A stretch of DNA of 64,000 bases from Sphagnum compactum (lineage: Eukaryota). Below the pieces are notes generated by a model. That model did no database searches and had not been told where the DNA came from. It saw nothing but the letters and a program-made list of their open reading frames with translations. The number at the start of each line of letters is the position of its first letter. Within the stretch, counting starts at the first letter, position 1. The DNA lies in contig OZ234493.1 in assembly GCA_965153455.1 (NCBI GenBank), positions 8,670,213 through 8,734,212 of the forward strand, read 5' to 3'. The translations under genes were made by a program, and so were the position numbers. Positions 12,693 to 26,605 of this stretch are shown in pieces.

Positions 12693-14182
12693 TAAGTTCT
12701 AACCAGTTTTGGTGGTCTTTTTTCAGGTACTTCCAAATGATATTTCCTAGGTAGGACGAGTTTGTCATCTCATAGTTCCACTTTTGGTTCTCCCAGTTCC
12801 ACTTGTGAGGTGGTTAATTGTTGGTGGGTGCACTAGAGTTACACTCTTCCATCACCATGAGTTACGATTTGGGAACAGGTGTGGTTGAATGCATCTGACT
12901 TGTAGTAGCAGTTCGATTTGGACTGAGGTCCATCTCCTTGTTGTACTTTCACTTCCTCTCCTGATTGGTGCTTTTTATTACCGTAGTACTACTACCTTGG
13001 CCTCTTCAACACATGTTTGCCGAGTAATTAATTAAATAAAAAATTTCCATTTCACCAAATGATATATTCCCAAATATTCCATCATATATTTTTAGTATCC
13101 TTCAAAAAAAAAACAAATCTCTGAAAAAAATATTAATTTTTTTTCCAACATTTCTGAAAAAAATTAAAAATTAGTGTCAAACTGGCCCAAGGTACTACAA
13201 TGAAGTTTGGCAGGGTTGCATTATTACCACCACACGAACGAGTGATGTCTCACCTAGCCAGGCTTAATGTGTTCCTAGGTGAAAAAATGGGCTCAACCGG
13301 GTTCGTAGTGCTCTTAAGTGGAACAAATCCTAGAAACATTTTGTGGGCCTGGTAGAGTTCAGTAGAGGCTACCTATTCTTTAGTGCTATGTAACTGGTTT
13401 TGGTTTTCTTTTCATTGACTGGGGGTTTTTTTTTTCTCAGTGTTGTGCATGTAAGCATCAATAGTCGTAGGCATGTAAATCATTCATGCCCAACAAACAT
13501 GCATACATTCATTCATTCATTCATTCCAATGGATGGATGATAAATGTAACATATTCTGAAAAAAGAAAAGAAAAAAGATTACATATAAATATATATGTAT
13601 ATATATATCACATGAGTTCATGGCTACATTAATACTCAATTCATGGATAATTGAATGGATGTACATACCTTTTGTGGTGGGGCTGGAGGGGAGGGGGGGT
13701 CAGAAGCTCAACCCTTTATATTGCTTGTGCTTTGGCGTGTTGGACGGTTATCATAAACTGGACCAGACCCCTGGTAGTTGTGAGGACGGTTCTTCAGATT
13801 CATAACCATGGTTCTCAAGAAGGCAAGAACTAATTTCCCATATGTATCCATGGTTCTCAAAAATTGAAAACAAATAAATAAATTACCACCTATGTAGTCG
13901 CCCGTGCTTTCATGAGAACCAACGGTTCTTTCAGAGTGGTTGAGAACGACAAGAACCGGAGGTTCTTTGGTGTCCTTTTATTTCCATTTTTTTTAAAAAC
14001 CCAGAAGGTTTTGGTGCAAGTTACTCATAAGGTACCTAATAATAATAATAATAATAACATAGCTTGGTACTAAACAGAGCAGATGTCAGTTCCGGACGTA
14101 ACTGTCATCCTCCTGGCCCTTCCTAACTGTCGGAACTGTTGGTTGTAGTGGTCCTTTCTCGTCTGGCGGAAGCGCAGCGGAG

Positions 14183-14806
14183 ATGACAGTTCCGGTGGAA
14201 ACTGTCATCTTCCCCGTCCCGACTCCCCCGCCCGGCCCGCCCGCCCGCCCGCCGGAACTGTCCGCCCAGCGTACCGCTCTCTCTTCTCTCTCTCCCCTGC
14301 TGGCGGATGTGCTTGGCTTTTGTGGGGAAGGGGGGCGTGTGATTAGGGTGGGGAAAAAGGCTTGACAATGTGTTGTGCATGCAGTTGTTATTTGGTTGAT
14401 CGTGATTGTGAGCAGTTTAATAAGCTAGAGAGATTTGTTTTCCAGCTTTTTTGCTTGTAAGCCATGCCTGCTAGACAGCGGTTCTTTGTGGATCTCAAAG
14501 ATGGAGAGACCACCGTGGTATCATGGAAGAAGCTGACCAGTGATGCTGATAAGAGCATGTCGTCAGGAGCGCCTTCGGATGCTCCTGTTGGTGCAAATCC
14601 TGCTCTGGAAGCTCGTATCGCTCCTGACGTGCAGGTAAATCTTTTTTTTCTTCCGGGGGGGATTTTTGTCTTTCTTTCGATGTGCCGAAGAGAGACACGG
14701 AATCTGAGACGGCTTAGTTGGTGCTCACTTTGGATTTTTGGGGAGATTTGCGATTGCGCTTGAGGGTTTTTCACCAATGCTGTGTTGCAGAGTGACTGTA
14801 CGAGTC

Positions 14807-14860
<54 letters not shown>

Positions 14861-17800
14861 CAGCACTTGGGGTTTAGTCACCTCTTCTTCTGTTTCTTTT
14901 CTCGTCAGACTTTCTGAAAATTGATTGTGTATTTGTGCTTCGGTACGATTGCCTTGCGTAGTGTGTTTCCAAACCATATCATCATGGATTGCTCCCCACG
15001 TGCAGCTTGACCACAGTGAGATGTTGTTGATTGTGTGACTTTTGATTTTCATAAAGAATATGAGCACAGAATTCCTACATTGGTTGTTGTGTTCAGAGGC
15101 ACAGCATTGTTGGTTTTACCAGATTCTGCTGAACAGAGGGGCAAATGGGTCTCTTCATTTGCATGCTTTCAATTTGAACCTTTCTGCATGCAGTACACAT
15201 GCAGAACACATGCAGTACACATCTCCATATCTGAGCCTTGAATATGTTAATGCTCCTAGAGTATTCTTGGAGTATGAGCCAAAGAAAAGAAAATGGATAA
15301 CTGATCATATCTGTGAATTGCATTGTGTTAGACTTTCATCTCTTTGCATGCATGGTTTTTATACTGTCACACTCTCTATGTATACCTCTCTACTATGACT
15401 GTACACTTAGATGCTTGCATTAACAGCACCAAACTAGAATGATTTTGAGTCACGAGGTTGCTGCAGCTCGAATGAGGACACTAGTGATGTTTTGGATTAG
15501 CTAATGTATCATGAGTGCTTGTCAACATCTTTGTTGAGTCTTCAGATTGCTGCCAGAATAATGCAAGAGAACTGCAGGATGCAGATTTTGTATAGCTGTT
15601 TGTGTGCATTTTTTGTGGAGAGATTATGGTATACTTGTCCACACCCACCATTGGGAGCTGATGAAATCGGTGCTGAGTCATGGCAGCTAGTCACTGCTAT
15701 TCATAGTGAAGGTGATTCTCTGATGCTTTGTGTGTGATCATTATAAGGTTATGATCACACTCATTCTTTTCATCTTAGTTTTGTTTCTTCTGGTTCTGAT
15801 ACAATGGTTATGATGATCTTCATGTTACCCAGTCCCAGTGTGCCTCAGGCTATCACAGAAGTGCCTGGAGGGGGTGTCTGGTTTGAGGGAAAGTCTTAGT
15901 GTAGTACTACTGCAACAATGGATGGAATTTGAAAAATGTGTACTAAAGTTTTTTGAACCGCGTGTTCATTCTCTGTGAGACATGCTCAGGTAACTTTTGC
16001 AAGTTTCTTTGCATTACTCTGATGTGTATAGAGATTGCTGCTACAGACAAGGACTCCAGATACACTCCCACCTCCACCAAATCGATTCAGCTCTGTTGTT
16101 GAGAGGATTGAACGACTGTACAAGGTGGCATTTCCTTCTCATTGTTTGCACTTTGCTGTCATTCTTTGAGTTACAAACAATTGATTAGCATCTAAGGGAG
16201 ATTCACAGTTGTACAGTTTTGTGGGGAGGTGCAAACTTTTCGAAGTTGACAAAACTAAGCTTCCACCAGGTCAACGAGTTTATTTAGTATGATTCTCTAA
16301 ACTTTGTTTTTGTTTTTTTCTGTGCAAATGTGATAGGGAGGAAATAGTGATGAGGAGAATGTGGAAGACAGTCCTGATGAGGATCAATATGACACTGATG
16401 ACCCTTTCATTGATGATGAAGAGCTGGTACATCCTTGTCTGTGTTAAGTTCAGATGGGTAGGTTCAATGTTGTGGGCAGGCAAAGTGTGTTTGACATGAG
16501 ATTCCAAACATTCTGACCAACAATATGGTGCTATCTGATGTTGAAAAATTTGTTTGATCTCCATCAGCCTCTTGTTTCTATGTAGATCCGCTAACAAAGT
16601 TTCACAATAGCTTGAATCTTGTTCATGATCTGTGGTCTGGTGGTACTTAGAATGAGTATTTCATGGTGGAGAAGGCAAAAACCAAACACACAGGGTTCTT
16701 CATCAATAGAGGAGCTCTTGAGAAGATGTAAGTCAGCAATCTTTTTTGAACCTTCACAAATTATATCGCTGTTGGGTTCCCTTTCTTATCTAGGTGTCAT
16801 TGTCTTCACTGGTGTGCTGAAAGGATATGTCCAGGGTGTGCAGGGGGGCCTACCAACCACCTACCCTATATGTATGCCTGCTTTTCTGTACCTTAGGTTC
16901 AGATGCTTGCATGTAAGCAAAAACAAAATGACGCATACCCTCACAAGCTTGTTGCAGTTTGAATAAGAAATACTAGTCACTTCCTCTAAGCTGACATCAT
17001 GACTGAGTCCTGCTGCTTCCAGAATGTGACAAACTCTGGATGCAGATTTTTGGTATGTTTTTCCCCCAAAATTTGGAGCACATTATTGTACACTTAGCTA
17101 CACTGACAGTTGAGAGCTGATGAAATCAGTGGGGATAGTGGCAGCTAGTTGCTGCTGTTCATAGTGAAGGTGATTGTCCGATACTTTGTGAGTGACACTT
17201 GGAAGGTTATGAATATACTCAATTTTGTTGTGTTCATTTTTTATTTGCTGGAATGGACACAATGGTTGCCTTCAAGGTGTTCTTGTGAAGTTCTCTCTGC
17301 AATCTTGTAAAGATGTCAGTGTTTTCAGTGCTTTTTTAAGTTTAATCCCATGTACACAAATTTGGAGAAAGTTCTCTCTTGTCAAGCTGCAGAGGAGTGT
17401 GAAGTATGTGGAATGTTGAAGTTTAACTCTGATTTGGGTTCCCTCCAGTTACTGACCTTCCTAGAACATCACATTCCAGATCTGTAGCTCCTCCAGATCC
17501 TGCAGTTATTCCAAAGAAAAGGAAACGTAGGGATGTGAAGAAAGTTGCCGGTGAGAAAATTGTGGAGGACTCTGTGAAAAGACGCATGAAGATGAAGGGG
17601 AGGATGAAAGTTGCAGCACAACAGCTCCAAGATTCAGGAAGACATGATGGAGTGGGGCCAGGAGTAGCTTGTGAACAGATTCTAACCAGGATTTACTCAA
17701 GTGAGCCAGAAGACTTTTCCATTGATGAGGGCAGGCAGCATTTCAAACTTGATTTAGCTGTGCCTCATAGCCAAGGCAGGGTACAGGAAATCAGACAGGT

Positions 17801-20800
17801 TTCTGACAAAGCAGAGGAGAGAAAACAAGCTGGACCTCTTCTATCATCACAACTGGAGCTCTGGAAGGATGGGAAGTCAAAAGCCCACGATATCACTGCA
17901 GGCAAGATTTTGAAGCCCATTGGAGCAGATGCACAGCACCCAAACCCCGGTTCTTTTAAAGACCTAGCCAACATACAGAAATTGGATCCCAGGTTTGGTT
18001 TGCCTTCAGAAGAGAAAAGGTGGAAAGAAGCAACCAAGGATTTAAAAGTGTTGATGCCAGTGTCAGTGAATCCAATGATGCCCAAGATGTCACAGCACTC
18101 AACTAAGGAGGAAGGGATTAGGGATATTGAAGGTGCTGCTGGCAGATCAAGTGGTTCTGGGGTGAGCTCTTGCATTGGTTTTGCATCTAATTTAGTACCT
18201 TCATCAGTCTGATCTTTTGGTCTACTTTTGAAATCAAGCATGAGAGTTAATGACAAACTTCTGATTATCATTTGTCAAGACTGTTTGCTCAAGGCTTTCA
18301 GATGTTCTATATTCTTTTTCTATGCCATTTTCTTGCACATGTGATAGCATGCTATGAGTGAGCTCTTTGTTGGTGGCCTGTGCACCAGAAATCAATATCA
18401 CCAGGTCCAAAGGAATCCAGCCCAGGTCGGCGTTCAGGGTGGCCCAAAGGCACCGTGATGGAAAGAGCCATTCAGGATCTTGAAAAGGGTGTAGCCGAAT
18501 GTAGGTTTTCTGTCTTGCCTGCTATCATTAGCTCATAAACATCTGGTCAATCATCTTGGGGAAATCCCTTCCATTGAGGTGGATGTCTTTGTGTATCTGA
18601 GCGTTGTCGAATTCTGGTGCATTGTTTGGTCTTTTGGATGTGACAGATTGCCCACCAACAGCTGATGGTGAAGAACCAGAGCAGCCATCGCAGTCAGGAG
18701 GAAAGGCTAAGAGGTTGCCACGTGAAGTAAAGCAGAAGCTTGCCAAGGTTGCAAGACTAGCGGTGAGTTGCATGTGTTCTTCCTTGTTCTGGGAATGCCT
18801 CTGTTTTTACTCCAAACATGTGAAGACCTGTGCAAAATAAGGGTATGGTATTAGTGAACTTATGGGTTCTAGGAAAGTGTGTCCTTGGTGTGTCATCTTC
18901 AGAATTTCAGAGACTAAATACATTGGTTCATGCCTGACATTGGACTATCACTGCCAGGATGAAGTCAGTGGGTCTAGAATGGTTGCCAGTTACTAACATT
19001 CAAGTTTAAGTTGAAGGTCACTGAGCATTTTTGAGACTGTTGCAGTTGTTCACACTGCTCATTAACATTTTATGTGTTTTATAATGTTTGCTGATAGATT
19101 GTTGGATCTGAAATCCCTCTAACCTTATTTGGTCATTGCTCAATTCTATCCAGGTTGATTTTAATTGTAAGCATGGAAAAGTTCTCATTATCTAGGAAGA
19201 TATGGCGTGTCGTTGGGATGGTGATAACATGGGTTATATGGTTTTTGTGAGAGAATGCAGCAGGCAAGACAAGGCAAGGTGCCGGATGAGCTTGTGGATC
19301 GTCTCATGGGTATATTAGGGCATGTCATGCGCCTCAACACTCTAAAGGTGAAGTATCCCCACATGCTTTCACTGATTGTCCTCTTGGTGTGTCAAACTTT
19401 CCTTTGGATCTGCTCATGACAAACTTTGTGACCTGAAACCTCTTTGCCAACAACACAATTTCTGCCAATCTTTCCTTCATGTTTGTCAATAATGTTTACC
19501 TCAAGTGCCAGTGTCATACCAACTTTGAATGTCCCTCAATAGCAGCAATGGACTTGTGACAATTTTAGTTTGGGGGGCCCATGTAATTGCTGTTTTTTGA
19601 AGTGAGCAATCCTAGTGTAGTGTTGTAACACTAAGCGGTGGTCTCTAGGTGGGCATCATTAAAACTTAGTGAAAATTGTGATCTTTGTAGTAGGAATTCT
19701 GTAGTTGCTTATTGTATTAATGTGGGTAATGTGTTGGTGCTATTGCATGGGGTGGACATTTGGTTCACAGAGGAATCTGAAGGAGATGGTGGAGCTGGGT
19801 CTGTCAGCCAAGCAAGAAAAAGAAGGTCGAATACTGGACATCAAGCGTGAGGTGACAGATATGGTTAAATCAAGAGTTTTGTCACTGCAAGCCCAGGTTC
19901 AGATTGTTACCCACCTAACATGATGACCTGATTTCAATACCCCCACACATTTTAGACATACATCAATTTTGGATCTGTGTCAATTGGTGCTTTCTTTTGG
20001 CTCATTGCTAACTGCATGTGCAGGTTCTCCAATTATTGTCCAAATTCACGTTTGCTCATTGCTTGAACACCCTAAGGGAGAAATGAGTTCCTAACTCCCT
20101 AGGTTGGTTCCAGGATGCTGAAATGCGAGAAGGTTCCTCAGATGATTTCCAAGCAGCACCCGGTTGTGCAGAAAAAGGTGGAAGCAACAATGCAAAATAC
20201 AAGTGGGACCATGCTACTGAGGACCGTCTCTGTGATCTCTATGAACAGTACCTTGAGGTCTCGCATTTTCTCTGACATTTATCTGATATATTGCAAGTGA
20301 TGGATTGCATCTCAGTTCCAATATTGGCTGAACAAGAGAAATTGAACATACTCAGGAAACAATGTAGTGACTACCTATTTGTTTTTGTACCATTATGAAT
20401 GCATCTGTGAAGGAAATTTACAATCCCTATCTTTCCTTGCTGTTCTAGCCACAAATCCTGAGCAGAGAAGATGTACCTTAGGGACCATCATGTCTGCTGT
20501 AAGTTCCTCCAGCTTGCTGGGATCTTCATTTTTATGTTAGAGAAGTACATTGGTTTTTGTGAAAACTGATTTTTGGGGATGTCATACAAAGTTGTAAGCC
20601 AGGTCATGACCTTCCCAGACTTGGAGGCAAACTTCTTTTAAGAATAATCACCTTGCAATTTGCATTAGTACTCTTCCAACTATTCATTGCCATTTATATC
20701 TTTGTTTTCAGAGCTTGGCTGTTGTTGTGGCCTACTTGAACAGGGAATGGATGAACATAAAGGACCACAGACTCGAAAGCTGTACGTTGAGGTTAGATTT

Positions 20801-23444
20801 TCATGTTGTCTGAACAGTCAGTTTTCCGTCAAGCAAACTTATTTGCAAAATGGCTTGTTTTACTTATGTTGTCCGGTCTGTCTATTCTTGTGAAGAGAAA
20901 GACAGAATCATGAGTCTTACATCTCCAGTAACAAATGTTCCTCTTTGCTGCTGTATGTGGAGATGCGGACTGTAATGAGTGTGCTACATATATAATGCTC
21001 TATCTCTTTTGATTCAAATTTACCTGGATAATTTTGTATTTCTTGTTGGCATGGTGTGTAGTTGGCAGAGATATGGCCCGAAGGTTGGATGGATAATATT
21101 GGCATCAAGGCTGCAGTCTGTCGTGCTAAGGAGCGAAAAAAGCGTCTCACTAAAATGGGCAAGGTAGGCCTTTTATGTACTTACTCATTCTCTGGGATCT
21201 GGTTCAGGTGCTATATATCAATTTGTGTGTCTTGCTTTCTGCTTCTGTCTGCTTTATCAAACTGAGTTTAGGCCATAAAACAAAGTCTTGTGGGGATTGT
21301 TTGTTCAAACTGGGACTGGGATAAAGGGCCACAAGGCTGCAGTGAGCAAATTCATGTTTGCTTGGTTCATGTCACACTCTGTTCAAACTGGTTTCTGGAG
21401 GCAAAGGGACTTTGTGGATGTTGTTACTTCCTTCTTTCTTTACTTGGTTACAACCAAGTGGCTTCGGGTTTGCTATGATTTCTGCTGTTCCATGTTGGCT
21501 GTCAGAGCTATCAATGGCCTTCTTGTGATATTTCTTTTGCAATTGCTCTCTTTATTGTTCAAGTGGGTCTGTGGGCACAAGGAGGGGGAACTCTGATGCT
21601 TATGGCCTGTGTCCATCTCTCTCTGTTGCATGGCCACGTCATCTTTGGCCATAAGGGTACATCCAGCAATTCAAGCTGTGCCTATGTTGGTTCTGACCCA
21701 GCTGTGGCTATTCTAGCGAGTTTAGAGTGAGCAAAGCTATAGCAATAGTATGTCTCTGTATATGTGTCTGACTCCATCATAATTCAGTCTCTCTTGCTGC
21801 AGCTCCCTTGCCCTGCCTTAACTGGTACAGAGTCTATGGCCACAGGGCTATATCCAGCAATTTGAGCTGTGTTATCTTTCTTCTGCCCTTGACCATGGTC
21901 TGTATTCACTAGTCTTGGGTGAGCAAAGCCACAGTATTGTGTGCATGTCATCTGTCGTTTGCTTCCTGCCAACCTGGTGCAAGGTCTATGCAGGCATGCT
22001 GTATAGACCATGTGACCAGGGTCTACGACTTCTGTGTTGGTCACTATATTGCATTTCAGTATTGTGTTACTGAGATGCCTGATTTCTTCCTTGAGCAGAT
22101 TCTCCTTCCTCACAGTAACAAGAAGGAAATGTCAGTTACTGTGTACATGAACCTCCCCATATGAAATCATTTGTTTTGAAGAAGTTGTGTGTACTTATGA
22201 AGATATCTCATTTGTGTTGAGTTTGTGGGAACAAGCCTCATCGTTTCTGAACAAACCAACCTAGTCAGCTTCCACCAGTGGTAAGTGGTTCCAAAATGCT
22301 TTCTTTGTCAAAATTTCACCTATTTAGCATGTGGAATACAAGGTGAGGATAGAGGAGGCATTGGAGGCCCATGAAGCAGCATTGCATGAACTTGCAAATC
22401 CTGTACCAGACCTCAAATTGGTCTAAAGCTCCCTCTTCACCTTTGGCTGCATCATAATGGTATGATTTCCATGTCACTTTCAGTCTTCTAAACAAGAACC
22501 CACCAATACTCTTCACTCAATCCCTTAGGCTGATCTTCATGAGGTGGGAGCCTCATGTCCTTATCTACTCTCTGTGTGGCAAACTTTCATCTTTTAATAT
22601 TGTTTTTCAAACCAAATGATGAACTTGATGGACAATGAGCTGATGCAATTCCAGTTTCCTGTTTTTTTCTTCCTGCTTTGCAAATTCCCACTTTCTATGA
22701 ATATGCCATGTCTGCACACTCCTGTTTCTGCTTTGTCCTAATTTTCCTCCGTTGTCTCAATATGAACCTGAACTCTCTCCCTTGGTTGGTTGTGTGGTGC
22801 TTGCCTTTTGACTGCATCATCCTATGCTGGAAGTTTTGCACTGAATATTCTGCCTGCAGGAGCCGAGAAGGAGGCAGAAAGTGCTTGGTTCTTACAACGA
22901 GAAGCAAAAAGCTTCTGAGGACCACTTGGCAGAGATGTTGACAACCTTGAACAAATCTGGTCAGCAGTTGGGACCTTTAGCCACAAAGCACAAAGCTGCA
23001 GTTGCCAACCCTCACAATTATGCAAGTCTTGCACTTCCTAGTGCACCAAAGCCATGGACAGTCACTATGGATGGGACAAGTGCAAAGAGCAAACCATTTG
23101 GTGAAGGCCCTATCAGAAACCTAATGGATTCAAGCAAGCATGAGCTGAAAGAGAAGATGCGGGAGGGCATGGAGCAATTTAGAGTAGGAATCAGTTTTGG
23201 GGAGGCAGAAAATGCACTCATGACAAAGATTAGGAAGAAAACAATAAAAAATGAATTTGAGGTCAATCTGAACATGCCTCCTGCACAGATGATCAAGGGT
23301 GATTGTGCCAAGGACCTTTCATATAATTTGCCTCAAATCTCCAAGAAGAAACTTTCCTTAGTGGGTGAAATTCATGGGGAGGAGGCACGGAGAGACAAGG
23401 CAATCGTACCACGACTGAAACAGGACAGACCTCCCACAACTTAG
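14183..23444 (+). CDS. UBN: Ubinuclein (UBN1/2-like, Hpc2-related domain; HIRA histone H3.3 chaperone subunit), multi-exon
   Basis: Exons read: [14183-14270 tentative], 14462/14464-14634, 16032-16124, 16337-16426, 16651-16727, 17465-18161, 18389-18500, 18647-18762, 19261-19347, 19771-19896, 20114-20257, 20744-20791, 21062-21163, 22860-23444. Motifs: RQRFFVDLKDGETTVVSWKKL, NRFSSVVERIERLY, HRD motif YDTDDPFIDDEELNEYF...HTGFFINRGALE, KRLPREVKQKLAKVARLA, RKLYVELAEIWPEGWMDNIGIKAAVCRAKERK. The start is either ATG 14183 or ATG 14464. Confidence 0.92.
14811..14857. repeat. (GA)n microsatellite in UBN intron
   Basis: Pure GA run of about 23 units. Confidence 0.95.
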
Positions 23445-24123
23445 TGGGTCAGTGGATCCTCTGTTGTACTTCGTTTTAGTTCATTTTAGTGGGTTACTGG
23501 ATTCTTGTAGGTTTTTATTTGTGCACTTGGTAGTCCCTTTTAAGCAATGCTCTTCTTGGTTGATGCTCCCTTCTGCTGCAAGTGTACTTGTCTTATTTGC
23601 AACCCGAAAGTGGCAAAGCATGATGCTTTTTGATACTCTTAACTTTTTGTTTTGAGCTCACAGCTGTTAAGCCATGCATGGAGATTGCCTGATTCAAGTT
23701 TAAACGTTTCTCTGTTTTACCCCCACATCTTTGCACACTTTCATTCTGCTACTCAGGGTGCATTGTCTGCTCTCTATATTGTTTCTCAACACACTATTGC
23801 TATCGCTCACGGTGCTGTTCAGCATCTCAATTTCTACTCCCATATCCTTTGCAACATTTGATGTCACAGTTCCAAGCCAGGAACCTTACAATGTAGGATG
23901 ATGACTTAAGGAACTTTAGGGGGAAGGTGCTAGCAGAAATTTTATGGATTGTAGGGTGCTCTCCACTCTCCACATACAATACACAAATTCTACCAGTTCT
24001 TTATACTTAATTTTCAAATGTAAAAATCTGGACAATGTCCAACTTTCACATTAAAATTAACATTGAACAAAGACAAAAAAAAATGTGAGAAAAATGTCCA
24101 AATGAAAATCATATTCGAATACC

Positions 24124-24190
24124 TTAAACCCTAAACCCTAAACATCAAACAAATGAACACTCTAAACCTTTAAACCCTAAACATCAAACA
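24124..24190 (+). repeat. Short interstitial telomere-like (AAACCCT) motifs
   Basis: TAAACCCTAAACCCTAAA and TAAACCTTTAAACCCTAAA, each followed by ACATCAAACAAA. Confidence 0.6.
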
Positions 24191-24254
24191 AAGTGCACTA
24201 CATATTTTGGAACGGTCCCAATTACGGTGTGGGTGTCAAGAGATTTTTTAATTT

Positions 24255-24505
24255 GGTGAAGATCCCATCTTTTCGAACCTTCCAAGATCTTTTAATACCT
24301 TTCACTTAGCCTACGTAGAGCTTTGTAAGGTCCCAAGTAGGGTGTCATCATGATATGGCTGCAGGTTTTCAAGTAGGTGAAGGGCCTAAAATTCGGTACA
24401 TTCCACTTGACCTACTGACCTTGTGAGATAGGTAGGTACCTCCAAATCCCCAAAGTGGAAGGTATAAAAAGTCTCGGAAGGTTTGAAAGATAGGCCCTTC
24501 ACCTA
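24255..24505. mobile_element. Small foldback/MITE-like element with TAGGTGAAGGGCCTA termini
   Basis: 24255-24308 is the imperfect reverse complement of 24453-24503. TAGGTGAAGGGCCTA (24374-24388) perfectly inverts TAGGCCCTTCACCTA (24491-24505). Confidence 0.6.
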
Positions 24506-26605
24506 CTACCTATATAAAAACCTCCAACAAGAAGAAGATTTGTAGTGTATTTGGAGGAACACTTACTGAGAGTAAAGTTTTGTCACAAACTGGGGACGAA
24601 ATTGAAAGTCATGATAACAAGCGCACACAAGGAAAACAAAGAGGGGATCAAACTAGGGCTCAAAGACAGGGTGACTTTAAGGATAACTCTAATGTTGTCT
24701 TTGAACATGGACAACTCTGCAACTTGATACTTTGATGAACCCCCCCCCCCACCCCCCCCTCCCCCAGAACAAAATCAGTACAACAATTAGGTCCACCATG
24801 CCGTTCCATCTGTGGTTTATCGAGTTGGCAACCTACACAGCTTTCTCGCATTTGTGGACGTTTCAGAGAGATTTTGTGAAGATATCGAAGTTCCATTTAG
24901 ACCGACTGACTGACACATATGAAATATATGAAATGCCAAGTTCAGTAAGTTCAAAGTGGATGATTTATGGTGTATAATAAGGTATTAGAAAGTCTTAAAG
25001 GTCTTAAGGTTGGTTGATCCATTTAAGGGGGATGACTGGTAAGAATGGATTGCCATGGATGTGAATGGAAATTTTGACAACATATTATTAAATAGCCTCT
25101 GAATGCTAAACACTTACATTGGAACTGATATTTGACAAATGTATGTAGTAGTTAGTACAGGGACAACTTCAACACAATTTTTTTGTTGAATAATTAATTT
25201 ATTTTGAAGATTGCTTGTTGAAAATGGAATATTACTTACCGAGTGATTCCAAAATATTCTGCATCTTCCTTCCAAAAAAAAACAAAAAAATTCTTTGAAA
25301 ACAATGTTTTTTTTTTTGGGGTGAAATTTTTAACATTTCTAGAAATATTATAATGCAGTGTCAAAACTGCCAAGGGTCCATGCTTTATGGTTTCAGGAAC
25401 CCGAGTTAGTTAGTTGTTCATTCACTAGTTAGTGGTCCAGGACTTGAAGGACAGGTATCTATGAATTGAATTAGGGTTCAAATTCAAACCCCGACCCATC
25501 TTAAAATTACAATAACCTGGAGTCTTGCTGTGGAATTAAATAAATCTAAAAGACTTTTGTACACCATAACACTTTGGCAGTTTCGACACTACTTATATTC
25601 ATTTCAGAAATGTTGAATTTTTTTTTCAAATAATAATAATAATAATTTTAAAAAGAAAAATTGAGAATTTTTGAGAATATTCTGGAACATGCTATTATTC
25701 AATGGGTGTAATTTTGAAAATAAAAATAAATATTCAACACCGGAATTTTATTTTGAGCATGCCAGGGTATTATGAAATATTAACTGTCCCGATATTCAGT
25801 GAACAGCCGTTACAGTTGTTAATTTGAGTAGTCCTATGGACATGATTCGGTTGTTACAGAGTTTATAATAATATCTTGAAGGATTTTGGTTTCTTTTAGA
25901 GGATTTTTTTTTTTTGAAGATTATATTTTTTCTTGGTGAAATATTTGAGTTAAATCGATAATTCTTCTTTTTTTGCATTAAGATACTTTTTTTAATATAA
26001 ATGGCAAGGCCGCAGTGTGACACACCCCTTGTTGAAGTAACCAGGAACTGGAGCTTTCTTTAATTCCAGTTGGGTTTTTTTCTCCCCCAAAGAACTGGAA
26101 CCCTGGCATTCCTTGGTTTTTTAAATTTCAAAAAACCACGAACTGTTATGGATTATTAACAAATTCAAATACCCCGACACACCCTGGTGCAGCCAATTAG
26201 ACATTAGAAAAAAATCAAAAATTAAAAAATAAATTATATATATATATATATATATAATTAGACATTTCTCGATCTAGCTCTTTGCACTGTAACCATTTGA
26301 TTAAGTCCTGAATTTGTAAGAATTTGTGAGAATTTTCCTCTTTAGTTTCTGGTTTTAAAACCAATTTGAAAATTATCTTCAAGCTTCTTTGTTGGGGGTG
26401 TTAATAGCCTCCAGTTCTAGCCCCAACAAAGCAGGTGACTCTGGTTCAAATTCTCCAACCCGGTTCTAAGCTTTAACCAGGGTTAGAGCTTTACAATCAA
26501 GGAGCAAGGCAATAGAGTTTCTCCGTAAAGTCATGCCCTGTTGCGCCTGAGTTGCACCCCCTCATTTGATGCTTCATCTCCTCCAAGGCCCTGGCTGTTG
26601 TGCGC

